64,000 nucleotides of DNA, from NCBI RefSeq assembly GCF_003018115.1, contig NZ_CP027457.1; one strand, 5' to 3'. Under the pieces are notes generated by a model that saw only the letters and a list, made by a program, of their open reading frames with translations, made no database searches and was not told where the DNA came from. Below, one piece after another: positions 20,823 through 30,045 of this stretch. Numbering within the stretch: the stretch's first letter is position 1; each line of letters begins with the position of its first letter. The position numbers and the translations under genes are program-made. This DNA comes from Escherichia coli (lineage in GTDB: Bacteria; Pseudomonadota; Gammaproteobacteria; Enterobacterales; Enterobacteriaceae).

Positions 20823-21779
20823 ATGAACCCGATTGCAGTTACCCTACTCACCGGTTTTTTAGGCGCGGGCAAAACCACCCTGCTGCGCCATATTCTTAAC
20901 GAACAACACGGCTACAAGATTGCCGTGATTGAAAACGAATTCGGCGAAGTCTCCGTTGATGATCAATTGATTGGTGATCGCGCCACGCAGATCAAAACGC
21001 TGACCAACGGCTGCATCTGCTGTTCGCGCTCCAACGAGCTGGAGGACGCGCTACTCGACCTGCTGGACAATCTCGACAAGGGCAATATTCAGTTCGATCG
21101 TCTGGTCATTGAATGCACCGGCATGGCCGATCCCGGCCCGATTATTCAGACCTTTTTCTCCCATGAGATTTTATGCCAGCGTTACCTGCTGGACGGGGTG
21201 ATTGCGCTGGTGGATGCGGTACATGCCGATGAGCAGATGAACCAGTTCACCATCGCCCAGTCCCAGGTGGGCTACGCTGACCGTATTCTGCTGACTAAAA
21301 CCGACGTCGCAGGCGAAGCAGAGAAACTGCGTGAACGCCTGGCGCGCATCAACGCCCGTGCACCGGTCTACACCGTCACCCACGGGGACATCGACCTGGG
21401 CCTGCTGTTCAACACCAACGGTTTTATGCTGGAAGAAAACGTCGTCAGCACCAAACCGCGTTTTCACTTTATCGCGGATAAACAAAACGATATTTCGTCG
21501 ATTGTGGTGGAACTGGATTACCCGGTAGATATCAGCGAAGTTTCCCGCGTGATGGAAAACCTGCTGCTGGAATCGGCGGATAAACTGCTGCGTTACAAAG
21601 GGATGCTATGGATTGACGGCGAACCTAACCGTCTGCTGTTCCAGGGCGTCCAGCGCCTCTACAGCGCCGACTGGGACCGCCCGTGGGGCGATGAAAAACC
21701 GCATAGCACGATGGTGTTTATCGGGATTCAGTTGCCGGAGGAAGAGATTCGGGCAGCGTTTGCGGGGTTGAGGAAGTAA
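20823..21779 (+). CDS. yjiA: COG0523 (CobW/P47K family) metal-chaperone-type GTPase
   Basis: Translation from MNPIAVTLLTGFLGAGKTTLLRHIL (P-loop GxxGxGKT), contains CxCC motif (GCICCS); 318 aa. The ORF-track start at 20739 overlaps yjiX and is rejected. Confidence 0.85.
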   Translation: MNPIAVTLLTGFLGAGKTTLLRHILNEQHGYKIAVIENEFGEVSVDDQLIGDRATQIKTLTNGCICCSRSNELEDALLDLLDNLDKGNIQFDRLVIECTGMADPGPIIQTFFSHEILCQRYLLDGVIALVDAVHADEQMNQFTIAQSQVGYADRILLTKTDVAGEAEKLRERLARINARAPVYTVTHGDIDLGLLFNTNGFMLEENVVSTKPRFHFIADKQNDISSIVVELDYPVDISEVSRVMENLLLESADKLLRYKGMLWIDGEPNRLLFQGVQRLYSADWDRPWGDEKPHSTMVFIGIQLPEEEIRAAFAGLRK

Positions 21780-21788
21780 GGGGTTATG

Positions 21789-21819
21789 GGCCGGATAAGG
21801 CGCAGCCGCATCCGGCCTG
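21789..21819. repeat. REP element between convergent yjiA and mrr
   Basis: GCCGGATAAGGCGCAGCCGCATCCGGCC read directly. Confidence 0.6.
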
Positions 21820-21824
21820 ATATT

Positions 21825-22739
21825 TCACTCAAAATAGTCCATATCCAGTTTCGGCACCTTCAACAAACGTGAAGAAACCCCTACTTCGTTTTCGATCATT
21901 AAGTGCACCAGGCGTTCCCCATCAACCAACACCATACCCTCGACGGATTGAGCAAAGTCACGCGCCTGAGACGTAAATCCAGAAGTGGTAATAAACACCC
22001 CACGTTTCGCCTTTTGCCCAGCCAGTGCGCCGTAAAATGCCTGTAATTCTGGCCTGCCTACAGTGTTCTGCCAACGTTTTGCCTGAACATAAACTTTCTC
22101 CAGGCCAAGTTTATCAAGCGATATCACACCATCGATGCCACCATCTCCAGTACCGCCAACACGCTGCAAATCATCACGGTGGCCGCCATACCCCAGGCGA
22201 TGCAAAACATCCAGAACAATGACTTCAAAGCGCGAAGGAGAAACCTGCAATAAGTTTTCCAGAACCTCATCAGCCACCGCATCACTAAGCTCTTTTAGCG
22301 CCTGATCTAACCGATCGTCCGGGCTGCTCTTTGCAAGTTCTTCATGATCGGGAGAGTCGGCTTTCGGATCTAAATCGACGGCATCCGGCCGTGACTTAAG
22401 TTTGACATTCACAAAATCGAAGGCCAGATGGTTCGTCTCCTGCTCCGTCATTGGCTGGGGATGAGACGCAACCCAGTCAAAACCCGCAGGAGTCAGGCAC
22501 CATTTGCCACGCGACAAACTTTGCGACAACCCGGCACGTTTTAAACGGTCATGCGCCCAGCCTGCACGATTTTTATAAACAAGTTGTCCGCTGGTAATGA
22601 CTTTCGCTCGCTGGCTGTCATCCAGTCCTAATGCATCCGCGGCAGCCTCATGAACATCACGCGCGGCTGCACCTTCCGGTTTTGTCGCCAGATAACGCAG
22701 AACAGGTTCAATAAATTTGTCATAGGTAGGAACCGTCAT
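21825..22739 (-). CDS. mrr: Mrr type IV restriction endonuclease (restricts methylated adenine/cytosine DNA)
   Basis: 304-aa ORF MTVPTYDKFIEPVLRYLATKPEG... with C-terminal Mrr-cat PD-(D/E)xK region; matches Mrr as recalled. Confidence 0.9.
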   Translation of the reverse strand: MTVPTYDKFIEPVLRYLATKPEGAAARDVHEAAADALGLDDSQRAKVITSGQLVYKNRAGWAHDRLKRAGLSQSLSRGKWCLTPAGFDWVASHPQPMTEQETNHLAFDFVNVKLKSRPDAVDLDPKADSPDHEELAKSSPDDRLDQALKELSDAVADEVLENLLQVSPSRFEVIVLDVLHRLGYGGHRDDLQRVGGTGDGGIDGVISLDKLGLEKVYVQAKRWQNTVGRPELQAFYGALAGQKAKRGVFITTSGFTSQARDFAQSVEGMVLVDGERLVHLMIENEVGVSSRLLKVPKLDMDYFE

Positions 22740-22926
22740 AGTACATCCTTGCAGAATCAGGTAGATGTTTTTCGGCTACTATAACACTACCAAAATAGAC
22801 GAACACGTTAGAAATGAGTCAGTTGCTGTGACCGTGGTCATTGCCCGGAAAGGTACAGAAAGCTAAGATAAGGCGTTATGGGCCTTAAATATTTGGACAG
22901 GCCCACACAGCAATGGATTAATAACA

Positions 22927-25900
22927 ATGATGAATAAATCCAATTTTGAATTCCTGAAGGGCGTCAACGACTTTACCTATGCCATCGCCTGTGCGGCGGA
23001 AAATAACTACCCGGATGATCCCAACACGACGCTGATTAAAATGCGTATGTTTGGCGAAGCCACAGCGAAACATCTTGGTCTGTTACTCAACATCCCCCCT
23101 TGTGAGAATCAACACGATCTCCTGCGCGAACTCGGCAAAATCGCCTTCGTTGATGACAACATTCTCTCTGTATTCCACAAATTACGCCGCATTGGTAACC
23201 AGGCGGTGCACGAATATCATAACGATCTCGACGATGCCCAGATGTGCCTGCGACTCGGGTTTCGCCTGGCTGTCTGGTACTACCGTCTGGTCACTAAAGA
23301 TTATGACTTCCCGGTGCCGGTGTTTGTGTTGCCGGAACGTGGTGAAAACCTCTATCACCAGGAAGTGCTGACGCTAAAACAACAGCTTGAACAGCAGGTG
23401 CGAGAAAAAGCGCAGAGTCAGGCAGAAGTCGAAGCACAACAGCAGAAGCTGGTTGCCCTGAACGGCTATATCGCCATTCTGGAAGGCAAGCAGCAGGAAA
23501 CCGAAGCGCAAACCCAGGCTCGCCTTGCTGCACTGGAAGCACAGCTCGCCGAGAAGAACGCGGAACTAGCCAAGCAGACCGAACAGGAACGTAAGGCTTA
23601 CCACAAAGAAATTACCGATCAGGCCATCAAGCGTACACTCAATCTTAGCGAAGAAGAGAGCCGCTTCCTGATTGACGCGCAACTGCGTAAAGCAGGCTGG
23701 CAGGCCGATAGCAAAACCCTGCGCTTCTCCAAAGGCGCGCGCCCGGAACCCGGCGTCAATAAAGCCATTGCCGAATGGCCGACCGGGAAAGATGAAACGG
23801 GTAATCAGGGCTTTGCGGATTATGTGCTGTTTGTCGGTCTCAAACCCATCGCGGTGGTAGAAGCGAAACGTAAAAATATCGACGTTCCCGGCAAGCTCAA
23901 TGAGTCGTATCGCTACAGTAAATGTTTCGATAATGGCTTCCTGCGGGAAACCTTGCTTGAGCACTACTCACCGGATGAAGTGCATGAAGCGGTGCCGGAG
24001 TATGAAACCAGTTGGCAGGACACCAGCGGCCAACAACGGTTTAAAATCCCCTTCTGCTACTCGACCAACGGGCGCGAATACCGCGCAGCGATGAAGACTA
24101 AAAGTGGCATCTGGTATCGCGACGTGCGTGATACCCGCAATATGTCGAAAGCCTTACCCGAGTGGCATCGCCCGGAAGAGTTGCTGGAAATGCTCGGCAG
24201 CGAACCGCAAAAACAGAATCAGTGGTTTGCCGATAATCCCGGCATGAGCGAGCTGGGCCTGCGTTATTATCAGGAAGATGCCGTCCGCGCGGTTGAAAAG
24301 GCAATCGTCAAGGGTCAACAAGAGATCCTGCTGGCGATGGCGACCGGTACCGGTAAAACCCGCACCGCAATTGCCATGATGTTCCGCCTGATCCAGTCCC
24401 AGCGTTTTAAACGCATTCTCTTCCTTGTGGATCGCCGTTCTCTTGGCGAGCAGGCGCTGGGGGCGTTTGAAGATACGCGTATTAACGGCGACACTTTCAA
24501 CAGCATTTTCGACATTAAAGGGCTGACGGATAAATTCCCCGAAGACAGCACCAAAATTCACGTTGCCACCGTACAGTCGCTGGTGAAACGCACCCTGCAA
24601 TCGGATGAACCGATGCCGGTAGCCCGTTACGACTGTATCGTCGTCGATGAAGCGCATCGCGGCTATATTCTCGATAAAGAGCAGACCGAAGGCGAACTGC
24701 AGTTCCGCAGCCAACTGGATTACGTTTCTGCCTACCGTCGTATTCTCGATCACTTCGATGCGGTAAAAATTGCTCTCACCGCCACCCCGGCGCTGCATAC
24801 GGTGCAGATTTTCGGCGAGCCGGTTTACCGTTACACCTACCGTACCGCGGTTATCGACGGTTTTCTGATCGACCAGGATCCGCCGATTCAGATCACCACC
24901 CGCAACGCACAGGAAGGGGTTTATCTCTCCAAAGGCGAGCAGGTTGAGCGCATCAGCCCGCAGGGGGAAGTGATCAACGACACCCTGGAAGACGATCAGG
25001 ATTTTGAGGTCGCCGACTTTAACCGTGGCCTGGTGATCCCGGCGTTTAACCGCGCCGTCTGTAACGAACTCACCAACTACCTTGACCCGACCGGGTTACA
25101 AAAAACGCTGGTCTTCTGCGTCACCAATGCCCATGCCGATATGGTGGTGGAAGAGTTGCGTACCGCGTTCAAGAAAAAGTATCCGCAACTGGAGCACGAC
25201 GCGATCATCAAGATCACCGGTGATGCCGATAAAGACGCGCGCAAAGTGCAGACCATGATCACCCGCTTCAATAAAGAGCGGCTGCCCAATATTGTCGTAA
25301 CCGTCGACCTGCTGACGACCGGCGTCGATATTCCGTCGATCTGTAATATCGTGTTCCTGCGTAAAGTACGCAGCCGTATTCTGTACGAGCAGATGAAAGG
25401 CCGCGCCACGCGCTTGTGCCCGGACGTGAATAAAACCAGCTTTAAGATTTTCGACTGCGTCGATATCTACAGCACGCTGGAGAGCGTCGATACCATGCGT
25501 CCGGTGGTGGTGCGCCCGAAGGTGGAACTGCAAACGCTGGTCAACGAAATTACCGATTCGGAAACCTATAAAATCACCGAAGCGGATGGCCGTAGCTTTG
25601 CCGAGCACAGCCATGAACAACTGGTGGCGAAGCTCCAGCGCATCATCGGCCTGGCCACGTTTAACCGTGACCGCAGCGAAACGATAGATAAACAGGTGCG
25701 TCGTCTGGATGAGCTATGCCAGGACGCGGCGGGCGTGAACTTTAACGGCTTCGCCTCGCGCCTGCGGGAAAAAGGGCCGCACTGGAGCGCCGAAGTCTTT
25801 AACAAACTGCCTGGCTTTATCGCCCGTCTGGAAAAGCTGAAAACCGACATCAACAACCTGAATGATGCGCCGATCTTCCTCGATATCGACGATGAAGTGG

Positions 25901-26439
25901 TGAGTGTAAAATCGCTGTACGGTGATTACGACACGCCGCAGGATTTCCTCGAAGCCTTTGACTCGCTGGTGCAACGTTCCCCGAACGCGCAACCAGCATT
26001 GCAGGCGGTGATTAATCGCCCGCGCGATCTCACCCGTAAAGGGCTGGTCGAGCTACAGGAGTGGTTTGACCGCCAGCACTTTGAGGAATCTTCCCTGCGC
26101 AAAGCGTGGAAAGAGACGCGCAATGAAGATATCGCCGCCCGGCTGATTGGACATATTCGCCGCGCTGCGGTGGGCGATGCGCTGAAACCGTTTGAGGAAC
26201 GTGTCGATCACGCGCTGACGCGCATTAAGGGCGAAAACGACTGGAGCAGCGAGCAATTAAGCTGGCTCGATCGTTTAGCGCAGGCGCTGAAAGAGAAAGT
26301 GGTGCTCGACGACGATGTCTTCAAAACCGGCAACTTCCACCGTCGCGGCGGGAAGGCGATGCTGCAAAGAACCTTTGACGATAATCTCGACAGCCTGCTC
26401 GATAAATTCAGCGATTATATCTGGGACGAGCTGGCCTGA
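22927..26439 (+). CDS. hsdR: Type I restriction enzyme R subunit (family IA), SF2 helicase/translocase plus nuclease
   Basis: 1170-aa ORF MMNKSNFEFLKG...; motifs MATGTGKT (Walker A) and VVDEAHRG (DEAH); matches EcoKI-type HsdR as recalled. Confidence 0.95.
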   Translation: MMNKSNFEFLKGVNDFTYAIACAAENNYPDDPNTTLIKMRMFGEATAKHLGLLLNIPPCENQHDLLRELGKIAFVDDNILSVFHKLRRIGNQAVHEYHNDLDDAQMCLRLGFRLAVWYYRLVTKDYDFPVPVFVLPERGENLYHQEVLTLKQQLEQQVREKAQSQAEVEAQQQKLVALNGYIAILEGKQQETEAQTQARLAALEAQLAEKNAELAKQTEQERKAYHKEITDQAIKRTLNLSEEESRFLIDAQLRKAGWQADSKTLRFSKGARPEPGVNKAIAEWPTGKDETGNQGFADYVLFVGLKPIAVVEAKRKNIDVPGKLNESYRYSKCFDNGFLRETLLEHYSPDEVHEAVPEYETSWQDTSGQQRFKIPFCYSTNGREYRAAMKTKSGIWYRDVRDTRNMSKALPEWHRPEELLEMLGSEPQKQNQWFADNPGMSELGLRYYQEDAVRAVEKAIVKGQQEILLAMATGTGKTRTAIAMMFRLIQSQRFKRILFLVDRRSLGEQALGAFEDTRINGDTFNSIFDIKGLTDKFPEDSTKIHVATVQSLVKRTLQSDEPMPVARYDCIVVDEAHRGYILDKEQTEGELQFRSQLDYVSAYRRILDHFDAVKIALTATPALHTVQIFGEPVYRYTYRTAVIDGFLIDQDPPIQITTRNAQEGVYLSKGEQVERISPQGEVINDTLEDDQDFEVADFNRGLVIPAFNRAVCNELTNYLDPTGLQKTLVFCVTNAHADMVVEELRTAFKKKYPQLEHDAIIKITGDADKDARKVQTMITRFNKERLPNIVVTVDLLTTGVDIPSICNIVFLRKVRSRILYEQMKGRATRLCPDVNKTSFKIFDCVDIYSTLESVDTMRPVVVRPKVELQTLVNEITDSETYKITEADGRSFAEHSHEQLVAKLQRIIGLATFNRDRSETIDKQVRRLDELCQDAAGVNFNGFASRLREKGPHWSAEVFNKLPGFIARLEKLKTDINNLNDAPIFLDIDDEVVSVKSLYGDYDTPQDFLEAFDSLVQRSPNAQPALQAVINRPRDLTRKGLVELQEWFDRQHFEESSLRKAWKETRNEDIAARLIGHIRRAAVGDALKPFEERVDHALTRIKGENDWSSEQLSWLDRLAQALKEKVVLDDDVFKTGNFHRRGGKAMLQRTFDDNLDSLLDKFSDYIWDELA

Positions 26440-26515
26440 CACGGTATCATTCCCGGCAATTTCTTCTTCTGCGGCCCAATAAATTTGGGCCGCTGCTTAA
26501 TTTACGGAACACCCA

Positions 26516-28105
26516 ATGAACAATAACGATCTGGTCGCGAAGCTGTGGAAGCTGTGCGACAACCTGCGCGATGGCGGCGTTTCCTATCAAAACTACGTCA
26601 ATGAACTCGCCTCGCTGCTGTTTTTGAAAATGTGTAAAGAGACCGGGCAGGAAGCGGAATACCTGCCGGAAGGCTACCGCTGGGATGACCTGAAATCCCG
26701 CATCGGCCAGGATCAATTGCAGTTCTACCGTAACCTGCTGGTACATCTGGGCGCCGACAATCAAAAGCTGGTGCAGGCGGTGTTCCAGAACGTCAACACC
26801 ACCATTACCCAGCCAAAACAGTTGACCGAACTGGTCACAAATATGGATTCGCTGGACTGGTATAACGGTGCGCACGGTAAGTCGCGCGATGACTTCGGCG
26901 ATATGTACGAAGGGCTGTTGCAGAAGAACGCCAACGAAACCAAGTCTGGCGCGGGCCAGTACTTCACCCCGCGTCCGCTGATTAAAACCATTATTCATCT
27001 GCTGAAACCGCAGCCGCGTGAAGTGGTGCAGGACCCGGCAGCAGGTACGGCGGGCTTTTTGATTGAAGCCGACCGCTACGTTAAGTCGCAGACCAATGAT
27101 CTGGACGACCTTGATGGCGATACGCAGGATTTCCAGATCCACCGCGCGTTTATCGGCCTCGAACTGGTGCCCGGCACCCGTCGTCTGGCGCTGATGAACT
27201 GCCTGCTGCACGATATTGAAGGCAACCTCGACCACGGCGGCGCAATCCGTCTGGGCAACACTCTGGGTAGCGACGGCGAAAACCTGCCGAAGGCGCATAT
27301 TGTCGCCACTAACCCGCCGTTTGGCAGCGCCGCAGGCACCAACATTACCCGCACCTTTGTTCACCCGACCAGCAATAAACAGTTGTGCTTTATGCAGCAT
27401 ATTATCGAAACGCTGCACCCCGGCGGTCGTGCGGCGGTGGTGGTGCCGGATAACGTGCTGTTTGAAGGCGGCAAAGGCACCGACATTCGTCGTGACCTGA
27501 TGGATAAGTGTCATCTGCACACTATTCTGCGTCTGCCGACCGGTATTTTTTACGCGCAGGGCGTGAAAACCAACGTGCTGTTCTTTACCAAAGGCACGGT
27601 GGCGAACCCGAATCAGGATAAGAACTGCACCGATGATGTGTGGGTGTACGACCTGCGTACCAATATGCCGAGCTTCGGCAAGCGCACGCCGTTTACTGAC
27701 GAACATCTGCAGCCGTTTGAGCGGGTGTATGGCGAAGATCCCCACGGCTTAAGCCCGCGCACTGAAGGCGACTGGGAATTCGACGCAGAAAAAAGTGAAA
27801 TTGCCGACAGCGAAGAGAACAAAAACACCGACCAGCATCTGGCTACCAGCCGCTGGCGCAAGTTCAGCCGCGAGTGGATCCGCACCGCGAAATCCGATTC
27901 GCTGGATATCTCCTGGCTGAAAGATAAAGACAGCATTGACGCCGACAACCTGCCGGAGCCGGATGTATTAGCGGCAGAAGCGATGGGCGAGCTGGTACAG
28001 GCGCTGGGCGAACTGGATGCGTTGATGCGTGAACTGGGGGCGAGCGATGAGGCGGATGCACAGCGTCAGTTGCTGGAAGAAGCGTTTGGTGGGGTGAAGG
28101 AATGA
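26516..28105 (+). CDS. hsdM: Type I restriction-modification M subunit (N6-adenine methyltransferase)
   Basis: 529-aa ORF; catalytic NPPF motif and AdoMet-binding region (DPAAGTAGFL). Confidence 0.95.
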   Translation: MNNNDLVAKLWKLCDNLRDGGVSYQNYVNELASLLFLKMCKETGQEAEYLPEGYRWDDLKSRIGQDQLQFYRNLLVHLGADNQKLVQAVFQNVNTTITQPKQLTELVTNMDSLDWYNGAHGKSRDDFGDMYEGLLQKNANETKSGAGQYFTPRPLIKTIIHLLKPQPREVVQDPAAGTAGFLIEADRYVKSQTNDLDDLDGDTQDFQIHRAFIGLELVPGTRRLALMNCLLHDIEGNLDHGGAIRLGNTLGSDGENLPKAHIVATNPPFGSAAGTNITRTFVHPTSNKQLCFMQHIIETLHPGGRAAVVVPDNVLFEGGKGTDIRRDLMDKCHLHTILRLPTGIFYAQGVKTNVLFFTKGTVANPNQDKNCTDDVWVYDLRTNMPSFGKRTPFTDEHLQPFERVYGEDPHGLSPRTEGDWEFDAEKSEIADSEENKNTDQHLATSRWRKFSREWIRTAKSDSLDISWLKDKDSIDADNLPEPDVLAAEAMGELVQALGELDALMRELGASDEADAQRQLLEEAFGGVKE

Positions 28106-29430
28106 GTGCGGGGAAATTGCCAGAGGGGTGGGTTGAAACTCAATTAGAAAATATCGTTGATATTTTAGACTCAATGCGTGTCCCGGTTAATAATTCTGAG
28201 AGACAATCACGCATTGCAGGAAAAAAAGAAAATGAACTTTATCCCTATTTTGGTGCTACCGGTGAAGTCGGTAAAATTGATGATTATATTTTTGATGAAG
28301 AACTTGTTGCATTAGGTGAAGATGGTGTTCCTTTTTTTGATGGGCACAAAAATAAGGCTTATATGCTGTATGGTAAAACGTGGGTGAATAATCATGCTCA
28401 TGTAATAAGAGCTATCTCTGGACTAAGCCATAACAAGTATTTATGCCATTATCTTAACCAATTCGACTATCATGATTATGTAAACGGCGGGACCAGGCTT
28501 AAACTTACACAAGCGAATATGAGAAAACTACCTGTTAGTTTAGCGCCTCTCGCCGAACAAAAAATCATCGCAGAAAAACTCGATACGCTGCTGGCGCAGG
28601 TAGAGAGCACCAAAGCACGTCTTGAGCAAATCCCACAAATCCTGAAACGTTTTCGTCAGGCGGTGTTGGCTGCTGTTGTTAATGGAAAATTATCAAAGAA
28701 CACGAAGCAATGGGAAATATACTTATTAAAAAATCTTTGTACTAGCATTTCAGATGGCGATCATCAGGCTCCTCCAAAATCAGAAACAGGAGTGCCTTTC
28801 CTCGTAATCTCCGATGTTAATAAAGGGGTGATTGATTTTGATAATGTAACCAGATGGGTGCCTGAATCTTACTACCAATCGCTAAAAGAAATTAGAAAAC
28901 CATGCCAATATGATATTTTATATACAGTTACAGGTTCTTATGGAATACCTGTAATTGTTAACGACAATAAACCATTTTGTTTCCAGCGACATATTGCCAT
29001 CATCAAGCCAAACAGAAATTTAATTGATCATAGATTCTTAGCTTTCTATTTAGAATCACCACAAATTCTCAAACATGCAAGTGATGTTGCTACTGGGACC
29101 GCACAAAAAACAGTATCGCTGTCGAGTCTCCGAAATTTTGAGATCTCTGTTCCCCCTTTAAAAGAACAACACGAAATCGTTCGTCGCGTCGAGCAACTCT
29201 TCGCCTACGCCGACACTATTGAAAAACAGGTCAACAACGCCCTGGCCCGCGTCAACAACCTGACGCAATCCATTCTGGCAAAAGCGTTCCGTGGTGAACT
29301 CACCGCCCAGTGGCGGGCCGAAAACCCGGAATTGATCAGCGGAGAAAACAGCGCCGCCGCGTTGCTGGAGAAAATCAAAGCTGAACGCGCAGCCAGCGGG
29401 GGTAAAAAAGCCTCGCGTAAAAAATCCTGA
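28102..29430 (+). CDS. hsdS: Type I restriction-modification S (specificity) subunit, family IA, with two target-recognition domains unlike EcoKI
   Basis: 442-aa ORF overlapping the hsdM stop (ATGA). Conserved N-terminus MSAGKLPEGWV, central LAEQKIIAEKLDTLLAQVESTKAR... and C-terminal EIVRRVEQLFAYADTIEKQV... repeats match IA-family HsdS as recalled; the two TRD-coding stretches are markedly AT-rich. Confidence 0.9.
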   Translation: MSAGKLPEGWVETQLENIVDILDSMRVPVNNSERQSRIAGKKENELYPYFGATGEVGKIDDYIFDEELVALGEDGVPFFDGHKNKAYMLYGKTWVNNHAHVIRAISGLSHNKYLCHYLNQFDYHDYVNGGTRLKLTQANMRKLPVSLAPLAEQKIIAEKLDTLLAQVESTKARLEQIPQILKRFRQAVLAAVVNGKLSKNTKQWEIYLLKNLCTSISDGDHQAPPKSETGVPFLVISDVNKGVIDFDNVTRWVPESYYQSLKEIRKPCQYDILYTVTGSYGIPVIVNDNKPFCFQRHIAIIKPNRNLIDHRFLAFYLESPQILKHASDVATGTAQKTVSLSSLRNFEISVPPLKEQHEIVRRVEQLFAYADTIEKQVNNALARVNNLTQSILAKAFRGELTAQWRAENPELISGENSAAALLEKIKAERAASGGKKASRKKS

Positions 29431-29442
29431 ACATTATTTTCT

Positions 29443-29467
29443 GGCGCACCTTTCCGGTGCGCTTTTA
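29443..29467 (+). terminator. Terminator hairpin after hsdS
   Basis: GGCGCACC-tttcc-GGTGCGC followed by TTTTAATT. Confidence 0.55.
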
Positions 29468-29564
29468 ATTATTTCACGCCAATCATAATTCACGCAAATA
29501 TATTTAAATCACTCCAGAAATTGCCCATTTTATTCTATTTTTAGCTGGACTTTCCCTGTATTTA

Positions 29565-29580
29565 CTGATGATATATCCAG
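29565..29580. promoter_or_regulatory. LexA (SOS) box CTG-N10-CAG upstream of symE
   Basis: CTGATGATATATCCAG read directly, with an overlapping second CTGTATTTACTG half-site; symE is known to be SOS-induced. Confidence 0.5.
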
Positions 29581-29584
29581 GTAT

Positions 29585-29665
29585 TTAGCGCGGTGCGGAT
29601 GTGCGCCAACACACCCGCACCGCTCATCACAATCACTATTTATGGAGAATAGTAATCATGACTGA
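29585..29665 (-). ncRNA. symR: Approximate position of SymR antisense sRNA (type I antitoxin) opposite the symE 5' UTR/start codon
   Basis: Placed by established knowledge that SymR is transcribed antisense across the symE translation-initiation region; a 9-bp-stem hairpin GCGGTGCGG...CCGCACCGC (29590..29623) is visible. Ends are not determinable from sequence alone. Confidence 0.4.
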
Positions 29666-29999
29666 CACGCATTCTATTGCACAACCGTTCGAAGCAGAAG
29701 TCTCCCCGGCAAATAACCGTCAATTAACCGTGAGTTATGCGAGCCGCTACCCGGATTACAGCCGTATTCCCGCCATCACCCTGAAAGGTCAGTGGCTGGA
29801 AGCCGCCGGTTTTGCCACCGGCACGGCGGTAGATGTCAAAGTGATGGAAGACTGTATTGTCCTCACCGCCCAACCCGCCGCCGCCGAAGAGAGCGAACTG
29901 ATGCAGTCACTGCGCCAGGTGTGCAAACTGTCGGCGCGTAAACAAAAGCAGGTGCAGGAGTTCATTGGGATGATTGCGGGTAAACAGAAAGTCGCCTGA
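29658..29999 (+). CDS. symE: SOS-induced toxin SymE (AbrB/MazE-fold, type I TA system)
   Basis: Translation from [52 protein letters not shown]... (113 aa); start set at the internal Met with GGAGAA upstream, by recall of SymE. Confidence 0.85.
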   Translation: MTDTHSIAQPFEAEVSPANNRQLTVSYASRYPDYSRIPAITLKGQWLEAAGFATGTAVDVKVMEDCIVLTAQPAAAEESELMQSLRQVCKLSARKQKQVQEFIGMIAGKQKVA

Positions 30000-30045
30000 T
30001 ACATTGACCCGGTAGCGCCAGTGCTACCGGGTATTATTCGCCGCG

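Noticed and set aside
24154-24798. 214-aa minus-strand ORF (with others at 25096..25620 and 23566..23964)
   Set aside because: All are antisense within hsdR, which is a continuous 1170-aa helicase/nuclease ORF.
26447-27745. 432-aa minus-strand ORF
   Set aside because: Antisense to hsdM (whose frame carries the NPPF methyltransferase motifs); no start context and no recognisable domain.
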